A stretch of 64,000 nucleotides of DNA from a virus. Lineage: Duplodnaviria > Caudoviricetes. The notes beneath the pieces were generated by a model that ran no database searches, was not told the origin of the DNA, and worked only from the letters and a program-made list of their open reading frames with translations. Position 1 is the stretch's first letter. Every line of letters begins with the position of its first letter. This document shows, piece after piece, positions 19,278 to 29,427 of the stretch. The position numbers and the translations under genes were made by a program. The DNA lies in IMG/VR virus record IMGVR_UViG_3300021254_000021, positions 188,373-252,372 of that record. The stretch is one strand, 5' to 3'.

Positions 19278-21656
19278 ATGGCATTAGAGACACAGCGTAC
19301 TTTACCACAACTGAAAGCTGAATGTTTGCAGAAGGGAATAAATGTTGTTATAGAAGGGAAAAAGGAACATAAAGAGGATTATGTAAAAGCTCTTAGAAAT
19401 TACTGGTTAAACAAGTATTATGACTCACCAGAGAATGCACCTTGGGCACTTAAATTTATGCTGAATGAAATAGATTGTCCTATGCTCTGTAAGAGGTTTA
19501 AACAGTGCAAACCAGAGGTGCAGAAAAGAATGTTTGAATCGGATGAGTATATAGCTGAGGAGAAAATAGATGGTTGTTTCTCTTATAATACAGGAGTTCT
19601 TCTATCTGATGGTACTACAAGATCTATAGGAGAGATTGTAGAAAAGCGTTTACCTGTAGAGGTAATGTCTTTTGATGAAATAACTGGTAAACTTGTTCCT
19701 AGACAAGTAGTTAATTGGTTTAATCATGGTCAAAAAAAAGTATCTCAATGGGTGAAAATGAGTAGTACTGGAGGTAATTCCGTCCCTTTAAGGAATTTAT
19801 CTCAACAAGAAAATTTTATTACAAAAAACCATATTATTTATTCCGATGGTGCTTGGAAAAGTGTAATAGAATCTGACCATATAACTAGAGTTTTGCCTTC
19901 AATGAATCTTACTCAATTACAAGTTATGTATGGTTCCGTTCTAGGTGATGGAACATGTGCATTTTCTACTGATAAAGATGTTAATGCTTATTATGAGTTT
20001 TGTAATTCAGAGAAGCAAAAAGATTACTTTGATAAAAAAGTACAACTTTTTATAAAAATGCCGAATAAATTACAGACAAGGGTGAGTGGTTATGGTTCAA
20101 CTATGTATTCTTGTCGTTTAAATGCTTGTAAAGAAGCCACGGAGCTTCATCATTTAGGTTATGTTAATAAAACTAGGAGAGTTACTAAAGAATACCTAGA
20201 TAGAATGGATCTTTTAGGTCTTACTATATGGTATTTGGATGATGGCTCTCGAAATAAAAGTAGGGATGAGCATACTTGTAAAATAACAAATAAATACTCA
20301 AGAGTTACTTTTTCAGCATACCGATATAATGAAGATGATGTGAAAATAATTGTTTCATGGTTGAATGCTAGAAATTATGGTGCTTCTTTCCACATGACTA
20401 CTAGGAAAGGAAATAAATTAGGATATATTATTAACTTATCTTCTATGGGTAGTCAGAAGTTTTTTAAAGATATAGCTCAGTATGTACCAGAATCAATGGC
20501 TTATAAGATTCCACCAGAGTTACAGAAAGAGTGTGGGAAAGTGGAATGGTGGAGAGATTCTAAATTAGAATATATTTATGATTCTGTTCCTGTAAAATGG
20601 AAAAGTCATAAATCAGAGAATAGAATATGTTCCTCTACGAATGCTTATGATATTGAAGTGGATGGAAACCATAGTTATGTTGCTAATGGTATTATTGTTC
20701 ATAATTCTCGTAGTTTGATTATTTGGGATGCTTCAACACAATCCTTCGACTTCTATTCCCGTAACAACTCTGTCAAAGACTTTTTACCTCAGTCATATAA
20801 AGATACTGTTTTAGTAACTTCTAAAGGTTTTACTTATCCAGAGAACTTTGTATTAGACTGCGAGGTTATTTCTACTAATCCAAACATCTCTACTGTAATG
20901 GGGAAAAGAGGGGTCGTATGTGCAACACAGCTTCAAGCAACCACAGCTTTATTAGCCCTTAATCCAGAGGACTCCAAAGCATTGCAAAGAAAAGATCCAT
21001 TAAAGTTTATTATCTTTGACTGTCTTTATGATGGAGAATCTTTAATTAATAAACCTTGGAAAGAAAGACATCCTCATGCAGAAAAGTTAGCCTCTTTGCT
21101 TAAACAGTCTGGATTTACCTGTGATATAAACCCAGTAGTAAGAGAGAATAAATTAGAGTTTTATTCCGACTTAATTGAACAAGGAAAAGAAGGTTGTGTG
21201 TTTAAAAGAATTGATGCACCTTATCATGGATGTACAAGCAGGACGGATGATCAGGTTAAGTTAAAAAGAACGGTGGCAGAAGGGCTGAATAAAGACTTGG
21301 ATGCTTGGGTTACAGGTTTTATTCCTTCTACACAGGATAAAGGATGGTCTAATTATATTGGAGCTTTAGTCTTTTCCTGTAAGGTGCAGATGAAGGATGG
21401 GACAATAAAGGATCATGTTATTGGTGTTTGCTCTGGTATTCCTTTTGAGTTAAGAAAGGCAGCAACCATTTATATTGATGATAAGCCCAGTCTAAACCCC
21501 GACTTCTTAGGAAGGGTTGCAACATTAAGTGGACAGAATATCAGTGCAAGAAAACTAGCTTTGACTCATGCTGTAATACAGTGTTGGCGTCCAGATAAAG
21601 ATCCAGATGGATGTGAGATTTTAACAGAAGAAGAATTATTATCGTTGGTATTTTAA
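19278..21656 (+). CDS. ATP-dependent DNA ligase with intein
   Basis: motif I EEKIDG|SR after intein removal, III VLDCE, IIIa FIIFD, IV EGCVFK, V VKLK, VI WRPDK. Confidence 0.9.
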   Translation: MALETQRTLPQLKAECLQKGINVVIEGKKEHKEDYVKALRNYWLNKYYDSPENAPWALKFMLNEIDCPMLCKRFKQCKPEVQKRMFESDEYIAEEKIDGCFSYNTGVLLSDGTTRSIGEIVEKRLPVEVMSFDEITGKLVPRQVVNWFNHGQKKVSQWVKMSSTGGNSVPLRNLSQQENFITKNHIIYSDGAWKSVIESDHITRVLPSMNLTQLQVMYGSVLGDGTCAFSTDKDVNAYYEFCNSEKQKDYFDKKVQLFIKMPNKLQTRVSGYGSTMYSCRLNACKEATELHHLGYVNKTRRVTKEYLDRMDLLGLTIWYLDDGSRNKSRDEHTCKITNKYSRVTFSAYRYNEDDVKIIVSWLNARNYGASFHMTTRKGNKLGYIINLSSMGSQKFFKDIAQYVPESMAYKIPPELQKECGKVEWWRDSKLEYIYDSVPVKWKSHKSENRICSSTNAYDIEVDGNHSYVANGIIVHNSRSLIIWDASTQSFDFYSRNNSVKDFLPQSYKDTVLVTSKGFTYPENFVLDCEVISTNPNISTVMGKRGVVCATQLQATTALLALNPEDSKALQRKDPLKFIIFDCLYDGESLINKPWKERHPHAEKLASLLKQSGFTCDINPVVRENKLEFYSDLIEQGKEGCVFKRIDAPYHGCTSRTDDQVKLKRTVAEGLNKDLDAWVTGFIPSTQDKGWSNYIGALVFSCKVQMKDGTIKDHVIGVCSGIPFELRKAATIYIDDKPSLNPDFLGRVATLSGQNISARKLALTHAVIQCWRPDKDPDGCEILTEEELLSLVF
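19575..20705 (+). mobile_element. intein (377 aa) with LAGLIDADG homing endonuclease
   Basis: starts CFSYNTGVLLSDG, ends YDIEVDGNHSYVANGIIVHN followed by Ser; GSVLGDG and WYLDDGS blocks. Confidence 0.93.
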
Positions 21657-21672
21657 CATGATATGAACTAAG

Positions 21673-21705
21673 AAAAAGCCCTCTATAAAAGAGGGCTTTT
21701 TCTTT
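21673..21705 (+). terminator. intrinsic terminator
   Basis: AAAAAGCCCTCT...AGAGGGCTTTTT. Confidence 0.8.
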
Positions 21706-21761
21706 TCCCAAATCCCCCTCAGATCAACTTTACAAAAATCTTTTACCAAGGAGACTGTCTT

Positions 21762-22259
21762 ATGTCCTATTACAACAGAGAATTAGATTGTGCTTTACGT
21801 CGTTACAAACAGAGCAAGGCAAATATTAAAGACCTTTATTATAGAGAGCTATTAACCTTTAAGAAGGATTACACCCAACAAAATAAAGTGGAGAGATGGG
21901 AAAGTCTGTATGATATAATTCTACTAAGCTATGAGGAAACAAGGAATAAGAAATCAGATGTTTTCTTATTCCTTGTCTCACGTTTTCCAGATGGTGCAGA
22001 TGGTTATTCCTTTGTAATGACACACCAAGACCAGATTGTAGGTAGCCTGTCTTTATTTGGCATTAAAGATTTTCAGTTTGTCTATGCTGATTGTAGTTCC
22101 GTGTTTGCAGACTATGGAGTCAGCCTTTCTTTTCTGCATACAGAATTTGTATCTAATTATGGGGTGCTAGGTAAAGGAAAGGTAACTTTGGAAGATGGAG
22201 TGATACAGATTCATGGTGAAGTTAATACGGAAAACATACTTGGAGGCCAAAAAGCCTGA
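21762..22259 (+). CDS. hypothetical protein
   Basis: behind repeat element + RBS. Confidence 0.7.
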   Translation: MSYYNRELDCALRRYKQSKANIKDLYYRELLTFKKDYTQQNKVERWESLYDIILLSYEETRNKKSDVFLFLVSRFPDGADGYSFVMTHQDQIVGSLSLFGIKDFQFVYADCSSVFADYGVSLSFLHTEFVSNYGVLGKGKVTLEDGVIQIHGEVNTENILGGQKA

Positions 22260-23229
22260 TAAACAGACAGCTCCAACTACTAAGCAGATAAAGAGTAAGA
22301 TTCAGTCTATAATGGAGACAGAATGCGACTCTTTATCTGATCTCTTAGAGGAAAAGATAAAGGATAAAATAACACTGTCCAGTGGTGTTAAGTTAGAAGA
22401 CTTATATACCACAATGGATGATGCAGATACCTTAGAGACAATGATTAAGGGAGATAAGGAAAACTCGCCCATGAGTCCTGCATACACTATATCCCATCTG
22501 TCTGAATTAGAACCTGTGGATGATGGTATATGTGTGAAGTATAAGGGGAGTGAAGTAATTAACCCGAGACTCTTTTATCTCTTAAATAAGCAATTCAATG
22601 CCATAAATAAAAAGAGTAAAGACTTCCATGTTTCCTTATCTTTCAATAAGCCAACACATACACAGGCTTATTCTCTTTATTATGAATCAGCAGAATATCC
22701 TGCTATCCTTAAAGTAGAATATCCAAGTATGAGTCCTAAAGAATTTATTATTAAAGATAGTTTTACAGATGTTATAGAAGAATTATCTGCACCTAGTCGA
22801 ACAATAGAGAATATGAAAAAGAAGATTAAAGAGGTTGAATCTTTCTTGGATTTGTTTGGCAAAGAGAATACAGCCCTTGTAGATAAGAGAAAGGTGGAGT
22901 TAGATCAGTTAAAGAGAGAATTGACTATAGTCGAGTATAACAATACTGTGGCTGAAACTATCACTAAAACCCTAAAGGTAATAAAACAATATCCCACATC
23001 CTCTACTGGTAAATTAAAGGATGGTATAGACTCTTACCGAAATGAGGAGACTGCCATACTTGCAATAAATAAAGATAACTTGCCACACAATGACAGCTTA
23101 CAGGCACACATTATTGTTTCCCTTCATGTTCAGAGAAAAGGAAAAGGGTATGTTATAACGTGCTTCGGTAATCCTCTAGATACAGCCGCAAATATTCATA
23201 TTGACAGTAAAGGGCATTTAGCTCTATAA
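22213..23229 (+). CDS. hypothetical protein (MVKLIRKTYLE leader)
   Basis: 338-aa ORF. Confidence 0.7.
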   Translation: MVKLIRKTYLEAKKPDKQTAPTTKQIKSKIQSIMETECDSLSDLLEEKIKDKITLSSGVKLEDLYTTMDDADTLETMIKGDKENSPMSPAYTISHLSELEPVDDGICVKYKGSEVINPRLFYLLNKQFNAINKKSKDFHVSLSFNKPTHTQAYSLYYESAEYPAILKVEYPSMSPKEFIIKDSFTDVIEELSAPSRTIENMKKKIKEVESFLDLFGKENTALVDKRKVELDQLKRELTIVEYNNTVAETITKTLKVIKQYPTSSTGKLKDGIDSYRNEETAILAINKDNLPHNDSLQAHIIVSLHVQRKGKGYVITCFGNPLDTAANIHIDSKGHLAL

Positions 23230-23322
23230 CGAATGAGCCATGACCAAGTATAAGGGGATAGAGATCCTTACTCAATCCCCCGCACACCAATTTTACAAAA
23301 CTTTTTGGACCAAGGAGTAAAA

Positions 23323-24090
23323 ATGAAAGGGGCAATTATTGGTGACATTATCGGTTCTGTTTACGAGTTTGATAACACCTTTGACTACAACTTTCCTCTT
23401 TTAACAGAGTATTCCACCTTTACAGATGATACCATTTGTACCGTTGCAATAGCAGATGCATTGTTAAATAAAAAGCCGTATGCACAGACCTTAAAGGAAT
23501 GGTGCAGACAGTACCCGAATCCTAAAGGTGCTTATGGTACAATGTTTCAAGACTGGATTTGGTCTGATAACCCAAACTACCATACCAACAGTTTTGGCAA
23601 CGGGGCTTTAATGAGAATATCCTCATTAGGATTAATCAATGTTTCCCCACAGCAGGCTTTCTTAAATACACAACAGGCCACCACCTGTTCTCATGATCAC
23701 CCAATAGCTCTGTCTTATGCCATCACTTATATAAGGATTCTACGTCGTCTCAGACTGTATAAAAATAAAAAGATTGCGGTAGAGACCATGATAGATTCTA
23801 TTGGAAAGAGATGGGATAAGGAGATACCAACTAAAGGGACATTTACAGATACTTGTCAGAACACCCTTCCTCTGGCTGTCTCTTTATTCCTAGAATCACA
23901 GAACTTTGAAGATGCAATAAGACTGGCTGTTTCCTATGGTGGAGACTCTGATACATTGGCGGCGATTGTCGGCGGTATGGCAGAGGCATATTATGGTGTA
24001 CCTGACAGTCTTTGGGATAAAGTAAAAGACTTGTTACCTGAATCAATGCTTACAATCATTGATCAATTTTATAATACTTATTCCATTTAA
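23323..24090 (+). CDS. ADP-ribosylglycohydrolase (DraG/ARH family)
   Basis: GAIIGDIIGS, FTDDT, SFGNGALMR, SH, GGDSDT. Confidence 0.92.
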   Translation: MKGAIIGDIIGSVYEFDNTFDYNFPLLTEYSTFTDDTICTVAIADALLNKKPYAQTLKEWCRQYPNPKGAYGTMFQDWIWSDNPNYHTNSFGNGALMRISSLGLINVSPQQAFLNTQQATTCSHDHPIALSYAITYIRILRRLRLYKNKKIAVETMIDSIGKRWDKEIPTKGTFTDTCQNTLPLAVSLFLESQNFEDAIRLAVSYGGDSDTLAAIVGGMAEAYYGVPDSLWDKVKDLLPESMLTIIDQFYNTYSI

Positions 24091-24107
24091 CCAAAAGGAG
24101 AAAAGAA

Positions 24108-24614
24108 ATGGATCAAACCAATTTTGTGGACTCAATTTTTAACAGTAATACTAACAATTACCCAGATACATCCATACCTTTAGGGGGAGAGGATGTAACA
24201 CCAAAGAGGGTCTTCTTTCACCAATATATTGCTTTCCAGATTTCTAAAAACCCTCATTTAATCTCTTTTGCCAAACAGAATCTTATTGCCACTCATCCAA
24301 GAGCTATCAGCAGAGTAGAGTTTGGAGAGGTTGGAGAATGGTTCATCACCTACTCTAAGGATGAAGAACCTGTGAGATATGAAACAATCTTAACCAGAGA
24401 TTTAACCATTTCAGATGTGTCTTGGTCATCTAAGTATGGTTGTTACTTCGATTACCTAAAGGGATGTCCCTTTGTGGTGGATGCCGATACAATCACCCTT
24501 CTTTACCTAGCTTCACTTGAAGGTGATATGACACCTGAGACAATAGGTGAATGGATGCGTTCAGCTACTAAGGGGAGATACACAGGATTTAATCCTGTCC
24601 ATCTTACACGTTAA
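24108..24614 (+). CDS. hypothetical protein
   Basis: strong RBS. Confidence 0.65.
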   Translation: MDQTNFVDSIFNSNTNNYPDTSIPLGGEDVTPKRVFFHQYIAFQISKNPHLISFAKQNLIATHPRAISRVEFGEVGEWFITYSKDEEPVRYETILTRDLTISDVSWSSKYGCYFDYLKGCPFVVDADTITLLYLASLEGDMTPETIGEWMRSATKGRYTGFNPVHLTR

Positions 24615-24740
24615 TTTAAAAACCACCTTAATTAAGGTGGTTTTTAGTGTACAATTCCTCTTGTTCTAAAGTATAATAAAGTTGTGGAATAATTTACGTA
24701 TTCCATCATGTCCCAACTATGAAAAACTAAGGAGACTTTT

Positions 24741-25061
24741 ATGAATCAGTATCTTAGGATTGTCCATCGTGGCCGTGGTTTTAACATTCGTGTGGAGTTA
24801 CCAGATCATACCACACAGCTTGTTCCTGTAGCTGAGTTAGAGCAATGGGAATGTATCGGACAGGATAAAGAGGCAGTCAAAGAAATTAAAGTAAAAGAAC
24901 CAAAAGAGAAGGTTGTAAAAGAGGTAAAAGCTAAAGCAGATTATAAAGCGGGTACATTCCACAAGAATACGAATGGTCTTGGTATGGATCATCCTTATGA
25001 GAGTATTAGTATGGTTGTAGAGTCTGTGGAATACTGCGAGGGGATAGAAGCTCCATTTTAA
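24741..25061 (+). CDS. hypothetical protein with the N-terminal repeat also found in the amidoligase
   Basis: YLRIVHRGRGFNIRVELPD vs YVRIVHRGRGFNVRVELPD at 34346. Confidence 0.75.
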   Translation: MNQYLRIVHRGRGFNIRVELPDHTTQLVPVAELEQWECIGQDKEAVKEIKVKEPKEKVVKEVKAKADYKAGTFHKNTNGLGMDHPYESISMVVESVEYCEGIEAPF

Positions 25062-25112
25062 ACTTATGGTGGGTATTCCCACCATTCTTAGCTAAACAAG
25101 GAAGGGAAGGTT

Positions 25113-25697
25113 ATGGCTACTGTACGAGTTAATTTAATGTCTCTGGATTATCCTGATGTTGCACAAAACAGTATTCTTGTTTTACAGTCTTTACGTGCGG
25201 CAGGGTATAAACTCATTATGCGTAATGTCTATTATAAGAATAAGGAAAGGGTAATAGACTATTTTGAGGATCGTAATTTAAAAATCTCTTTTATTCATGT
25301 GAGAAATCCAGAGATAGACATTGTTGCGGGCAGAGCAGTTATAAATGGAGATGTTATAAGAGGAGACAATAACTCGTTATGGGAGAGAATAGATCAGTAT
25401 TGTTTGGAACACCATATTTATGAGCGTGAACAAACACCAGATGTCTTTATTCCCTCTTATAAGGAAGGATTCTTTGTTGTGACGGATTATGGATTAAGTA
25501 CACAGGCCATAGATTCCAAACCCATCTCATTGAAGGCGTGCCACACAAAAGGTGCAAAGATGTTTAAAGCCAACCCTTCTATCAATACGATTGATTTGGT
25601 TAATTCCACGACACTAGAAGTTGTGGAACACTTTGACAAAAAGCAGAAATGCTTTGTAGCGGCTACGGAAAAAGTCTATTTTAGTATAATGGTATGA
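25113..25697 (+). CDS. hypothetical protein
   Basis: 194-aa ORF. Confidence 0.65.
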   Translation: MATVRVNLMSLDYPDVAQNSILVLQSLRAAGYKLIMRNVYYKNKERVIDYFEDRNLKISFIHVRNPEIDIVAGRAVINGDVIRGDNNSLWERIDQYCLEHHIYEREQTPDVFIPSYKEGFFVVTDYGLSTQAIDSKPISLKACHTKGAKMFKANPSINTIDLVNSTTLEVVEHFDKKQKCFVAATEKVYFSIMV

Positions 25698-26290
25698 CGA
25701 AAACTAAAGCTCTTTCCAAAGCCCCTTTTATGGGGCTTTTACTTTTTATTCTCATTCTTATTTTAACTCCATCCTTTGCTCATGCTCAAAGCTCTTTTTA
25801 CACCTATATGGAACGATGTGAAGAATTACGCCCAGAGATAGAGCAAATATTAAAAGAGGAGGGTTTACCCGACTACTTCTTTTATTTGGCACTGGCTGAA
25901 TCGGGCTGTGACCCAAATAATAAATCTAACAAGAATGCACTAGGTTTATTCCAACTTGTACCATACACATTTAAGGTTTACTCAAAAGGCGTTTGTACTT
26001 CTGACTCTTTTGAGGCGTGCCCAACATCCTCTGCATACGATCCTTTAATCTCTACAAGAGTTGCGGCCAAGTATCTTAAATCTCTGTATGATAGGTTTGA
26101 CAAATCCTTAGACTGGACAGTTGCGGCCTTTAATGCGGGAGGTACTAACTTAATGAGAAAGACCTCATACTATAAAGGTATGGACATTAAGGTTGTTAAA
26201 AAGTATTTCCCACAGGCTTATGATTTAGTGATGAAGGTTCGCCGCTTTTCTGCTTTAGGAGAGGCATTAGAGGAAAAAGAAGAATCATAA
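25694..26290 (+). CDS. lytic transglycosylase (SLT/MltD-like) with N-terminal signal/TM
   Basis: LALAESG catalytic Glu, ALGLFQL, AAFNAG. Confidence 0.88.
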   Translation: MTKTKALSKAPFMGLLLFILILILTPSFAHAQSSFYTYMERCEELRPEIEQILKEEGLPDYFFYLALAESGCDPNNKSNKNALGLFQLVPYTFKVYSKGVCTSDSFEACPTSSAYDPLISTRVAAKYLKSLYDRFDKSLDWTVAAFNAGGTNLMRKTSYYKGMDIKVVKKYFPQAYDLVMKVRRFSALGEALEEKEES

Positions 26291-26418
26291 ATATTTTCCT
26301 TGCAATTCTATATCACTTGTGCGTATATATACATGTCTGCGGACAAAAAAGATTGGCCAATCTTTTTCTTTTACACTTAAACTTACACTTAAACTTAGAC
26401 TTAGAAAGGAACTTAAAC

Positions 26419-27150
26419 ATGGACGAGAAAAACTCTTTAGCACCTGTATCTTCTACCTCATCTGCTGTTACCGTAGCGAGCCAAGCCACTTTTAGCTTGT
26501 CCTCTTTGAACTTAGCGGAAAATAACCCCTACATTATCGTTGCTAAGACAGGAACTACAGTAACACCCTACCCATTTGAAAGACTTAAGTTTGAACAGGG
26601 TAGGCAGTCAAGATTTGCTATTCTTACATCTGAGGTTGTGATAGTGAAGCGGCATTATCACCCAGATTTAGGATATGTAATCTCTGATGGTGTGAATGAT
26701 AAGTATTTCGATAAACCACCTTCGGTTTGTTATTTATACCCAGTCGTTCATTATACGGATTGTAGTGATAAGGGTAAACCTTTATCCGATGCAATTCAGG
26801 TAAAGATGCTTATTGCTAATAAAGAAATGTACACGTCTATCTGTTCTGTGAATGACGTAAAAGGCGACATAACACAATTCGATTTTCTTGGTACACAACT
26901 CCCGGGTAATGATCGTTTCCCCAAAACCCAGTTAATTGAATGTGGTATGGCCTTATGGAGAAACAGTGATAAAGCGGCGGAATATATAGATTCCTATATG
27001 AAGCAGAATGGAGATCGTTTCCTAGCTTCTGTTGGTAAAACCTATCCTATTGAGAAACTGGAAGAACTGTTAGGTGGCGGAAGTGATCCTTCCTCATCTA
27101 TAAAGGAAACAGTGGATCAGGATTTAGAGGATATATTCAAGCCCGTCTAA
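26419..27150 (+). CDS. putative phage ssDNA-binding protein (gp32-like)
   Basis: acidic C-tail DQDLEDIF, position among replication genes, repetitive unstructured 5' UTR; no diagnostic motif. Confidence 0.45.
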   Translation: MDEKNSLAPVSSTSSAVTVASQATFSLSSLNLAENNPYIIVAKTGTTVTPYPFERLKFEQGRQSRFAILTSEVVIVKRHYHPDLGYVISDGVNDKYFDKPPSVCYLYPVVHYTDCSDKGKPLSDAIQVKMLIANKEMYTSICSVNDVKGDITQFDFLGTQLPGNDRFPKTQLIECGMALWRNSDKAAEYIDSYMKQNGDRFLASVGKTYPIEKLEELLGGGSDPSSSIKETVDQDLEDIFKPV

Positions 27151-27211
27151 AATAATCAGTCTGCTCCGTATATAACCCCAATGAATCTAATTCATTGGGG
27201 TTTTCTTTTAT

Positions 27212-27757
27212 ATGGAGTTACGAATGACTGAGTTAAGTAAAACAGTAGTAGGAATAGATCCTTCGTTTACTCGTACAGGAATAGCTATTTTAACTACTGA
27301 TAAAAAGATTGTCTTTCATACGCTGTCAGAGCAAATAGGTAAAAAGGACTTTAGTCATACCTATAATTCTGCTTACTCTTTAGCCATCCAGTTAAGGGAT
27401 TATTTAGAACCTTTTAAACCCTTTGATGTAGTGATGGAATATGCTCCACCTATATCGTCGATGTCACCTGCCTTGTATTGTTTAGACTCCCTATATCACT
27501 TTGTTCTACACCCATATATAGCACAGCTATATCATCCGATGACATTGGCTACTATAATAGGAAAAGGGAAGGCGAGAACGAAAGCGGACTCTGTTTTGAA
27601 AGGGTTATCTATTATAAAGGAACTTCAAAAAGATGGTTGGGAAATGACCCAGAAAAGAAAACCCTGCCATGATTGTTTTGAAGCTCTTATATACGTAGAT
27701 TACTTTATTCATAATGGAGTGAAGCCATGTCAGAAGAAAAAAGTTGGGAACAAATAA
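27212..27757 (+). CDS. RuvC-like Holliday junction resolvase
   Basis: VVGIDPSFTRTG, VVME, HD..EA acidic residues. Confidence 0.8.
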   Translation: MELRMTELSKTVVGIDPSFTRTGIAILTTDKKIVFHTLSEQIGKKDFSHTYNSAYSLAIQLRDYLEPFKPFDVVMEYAPPISSMSPALYCLDSLYHFVLHPYIAQLYHPMTLATIIGKGKARTKADSVLKGLSIIKELQKDGWEMTQKRKPCHDCFEALIYVDYFIHNGVKPCQKKKVGNK

Positions 27758-28056
27758 AGGAAGTTGTTAAAGACTGGAATGCGGATAAAAAAGAGGAAGT
27801 CTCTAAGGATGAGGAAGTAAAAGAGGAAGTAAAAGAGGAAGTAAAAGAGGAAGTTAAGGATGATGTAAGGAAAGATAAAGAAGAAGTAAAGAGTGAGGAG
27901 ACAGAGGATAAAGAGAGTGATCCCATTAAAGATTTACTTTCTCTAAAGATTAAAGACCGCCCAATTCTCCATTGGATTCCAGTCTTTAATATGGTCTTAC
28001 TCTTATTCATCATTCTTCTTTTACTTGTTATTTTAGGCTATCTACCCCGCATATAG
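27727..28056 (+). CDS. membrane protein with EEVK repeats (holin/antiholin candidate)
   Basis: 12-bp tandem repeat GAGGAAGTAAAA, C-terminal TM, directly upstream of spanins. Confidence 0.5.
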   Translation: MSEEKSWEQIKEVVKDWNADKKEEVSKDEEVKEEVKEEVKEEVKDDVRKDKEEVKSEETEDKESDPIKDLLSLKIKDRPILHWIPVFNMVLLLFIILLLLVILGYLPRI

Positions 28057-28066
28057 GAGGTAGAAC

Positions 28067-28462
28067 ATGACTGCAATACTTTCTAAGTTACTTTCCTCTA
28101 AAGCCCTTTCTATTACAGCTTTAATTCTTATTATTATCCTTCTTGTTACCATCGGTGTTATTCAAGTACAGAAAAAGGGATTGAACCAAAAAATAGATGA
28201 TTTGAATAAAACTATTGACAATAAAGAGGAGACCATAATAGAATTGAATCAACAAATAAAGGTAAAGGATTTTGAAATCCAATATCTTCAAAAAGGTATA
28301 AGTATTGCCAATAGTTACGAGAAGGAAAAAGAAAAGGTTTTAGAGGATGAAACAACAACTAAGGTGCAAATACTTGAAAAAGTTATGTCCACAGAGGAAA
28401 ACAAGGATTGGTGGAATACCCCTATACCTGCTGATATTCTTGACCTCATTACTTGCCGCTAG
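28067..28462 (+). CDS. i-spanin (Rz-like)
   Basis: N-terminal TM, coiled coil, C-terminal W.NTPIP..I. Confidence 0.8.
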   Translation: MTAILSKLLSSKALSITALILIIILLVTIGVIQVQKKGLNQKIDDLNKTIDNKEETIIELNQQIKVKDFEIQYLQKGISIANSYEKEKEKVLEDETTTKVQILEKVMSTEENKDWWNTPIPADILDLITCR

Positions 28463-28679
28463 TTGCTGTAAGCCAACTGTAAAAACCGTAACGGAATACA
28501 AAGTTATAAAACCACCTGAAACACTACTGGTACCATGTCCAGACGTGCCATTGGAAATGAAAACCAATGGCGACATGGTAATGGCATTGATTGAGCTGAA
28601 CACCCAATACTTCTTATGTTCTATGAAGGTTCAGTCAATCATATTGTTTTACAGTGAACAGGATGTAACCACAGAATAA
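28347..28679 (+). CDS. o-spanin (Rz1-like lipoprotein)
   Basis: lipobox LAAS-C, PPETLLVPC...TNGD; overlaps the i-spanin in another frame. Confidence 0.8.
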   Translation: MKQQLRCKYLKKLCPQRKTRIGGIPLYLLIFLTSLLAASCCKPTVKTVTEYKVIKPPETLLVPCPDVPLEMKTNGDMVMALIELNTQYFLCSMKVQSIILFYSEQDVTTE

Positions 28680-28769
28680 ATAAAGGTGAGGTGGGATTAA
28701 GCTCCGATCTCACTTTCACTATTTATATATAACCAAGGTAGGGAGCAGTATTTTTGTAGGGGTAGAACA

Positions 28770-29378
28770 ATGTTAGACGTAATGCAGGAAGCAGACTTAA
28801 TTCGTCGTGTTGCTAGAAAAGTATATTGGAACTCTAGGTATGCACGGTTGCGTACCCAGATTGATGAGGAAGATTTAATACAAATGGTTTTCCTCAAACT
28901 CTTACACCGTGACAATTATAAAAAGTATTCAGACAAATATCCTAAAGTTGGTTTTATTTATCGTGTAGCAAACGGTTGTGCTATATCTTTTGCAAATAAA
29001 TGTTCTAATATTCGTGAGTGGACTGTTTTGGATCAGCCTAGAGATAGTGATGATGATTCCAGAACAATCTTAGAGATATTATCCACAGAGACAGATGTAC
29101 AACATCTCGACTTGGATATGCAGTATCGTATAAACAGGTTATCCGCGAGCATGGACCCCGAGGTTAATCAGCAGATTGTTATACGTCATAATGATGTAGA
29201 CACTCCATTTTCCATAGAAGCTCTTTTCGATTTCTTTATTAAAACACACTATTCGAGAAAAGAGATTATGCCGTGTATAATAAACTTAAAGACGAATGCA
29301 CCAGTTACACAATCCACCTTTGATAAGTGGTGGAAAATATTAGAGAATACAGCCAAGCAGGAATTAAGCAGAATGTAA
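28770..29378 (+). CDS. sigma-70/ECF-like RNA polymerase sigma factor
   Basis: region-2-like DEEDLIQMVFLKL...FIYRVA.N. Confidence 0.6.
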   Translation: MLDVMQEADLIRRVARKVYWNSRYARLRTQIDEEDLIQMVFLKLLHRDNYKKYSDKYPKVGFIYRVANGCAISFANKCSNIREWTVLDQPRDSDDDSRTILEILSTETDVQHLDLDMQYRINRLSASMDPEVNQQIVIRHNDVDTPFSIEALFDFFIKTHYSRKEIMPCIINLKTNAPVTQSTFDKWWKILENTAKQELSRM

Positions 29379-29427
29379 ACAGACTAATCCCCTTATATTA
29401 GGGGATTACTTTTCTTAGGAGTATCTT

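Noticed and set aside
27811-27857. 12-bp tandem repeat as a regulatory or CRISPR-like repeat
   Set aside because: In-frame coding repeat (EEVK) in a low-complexity region
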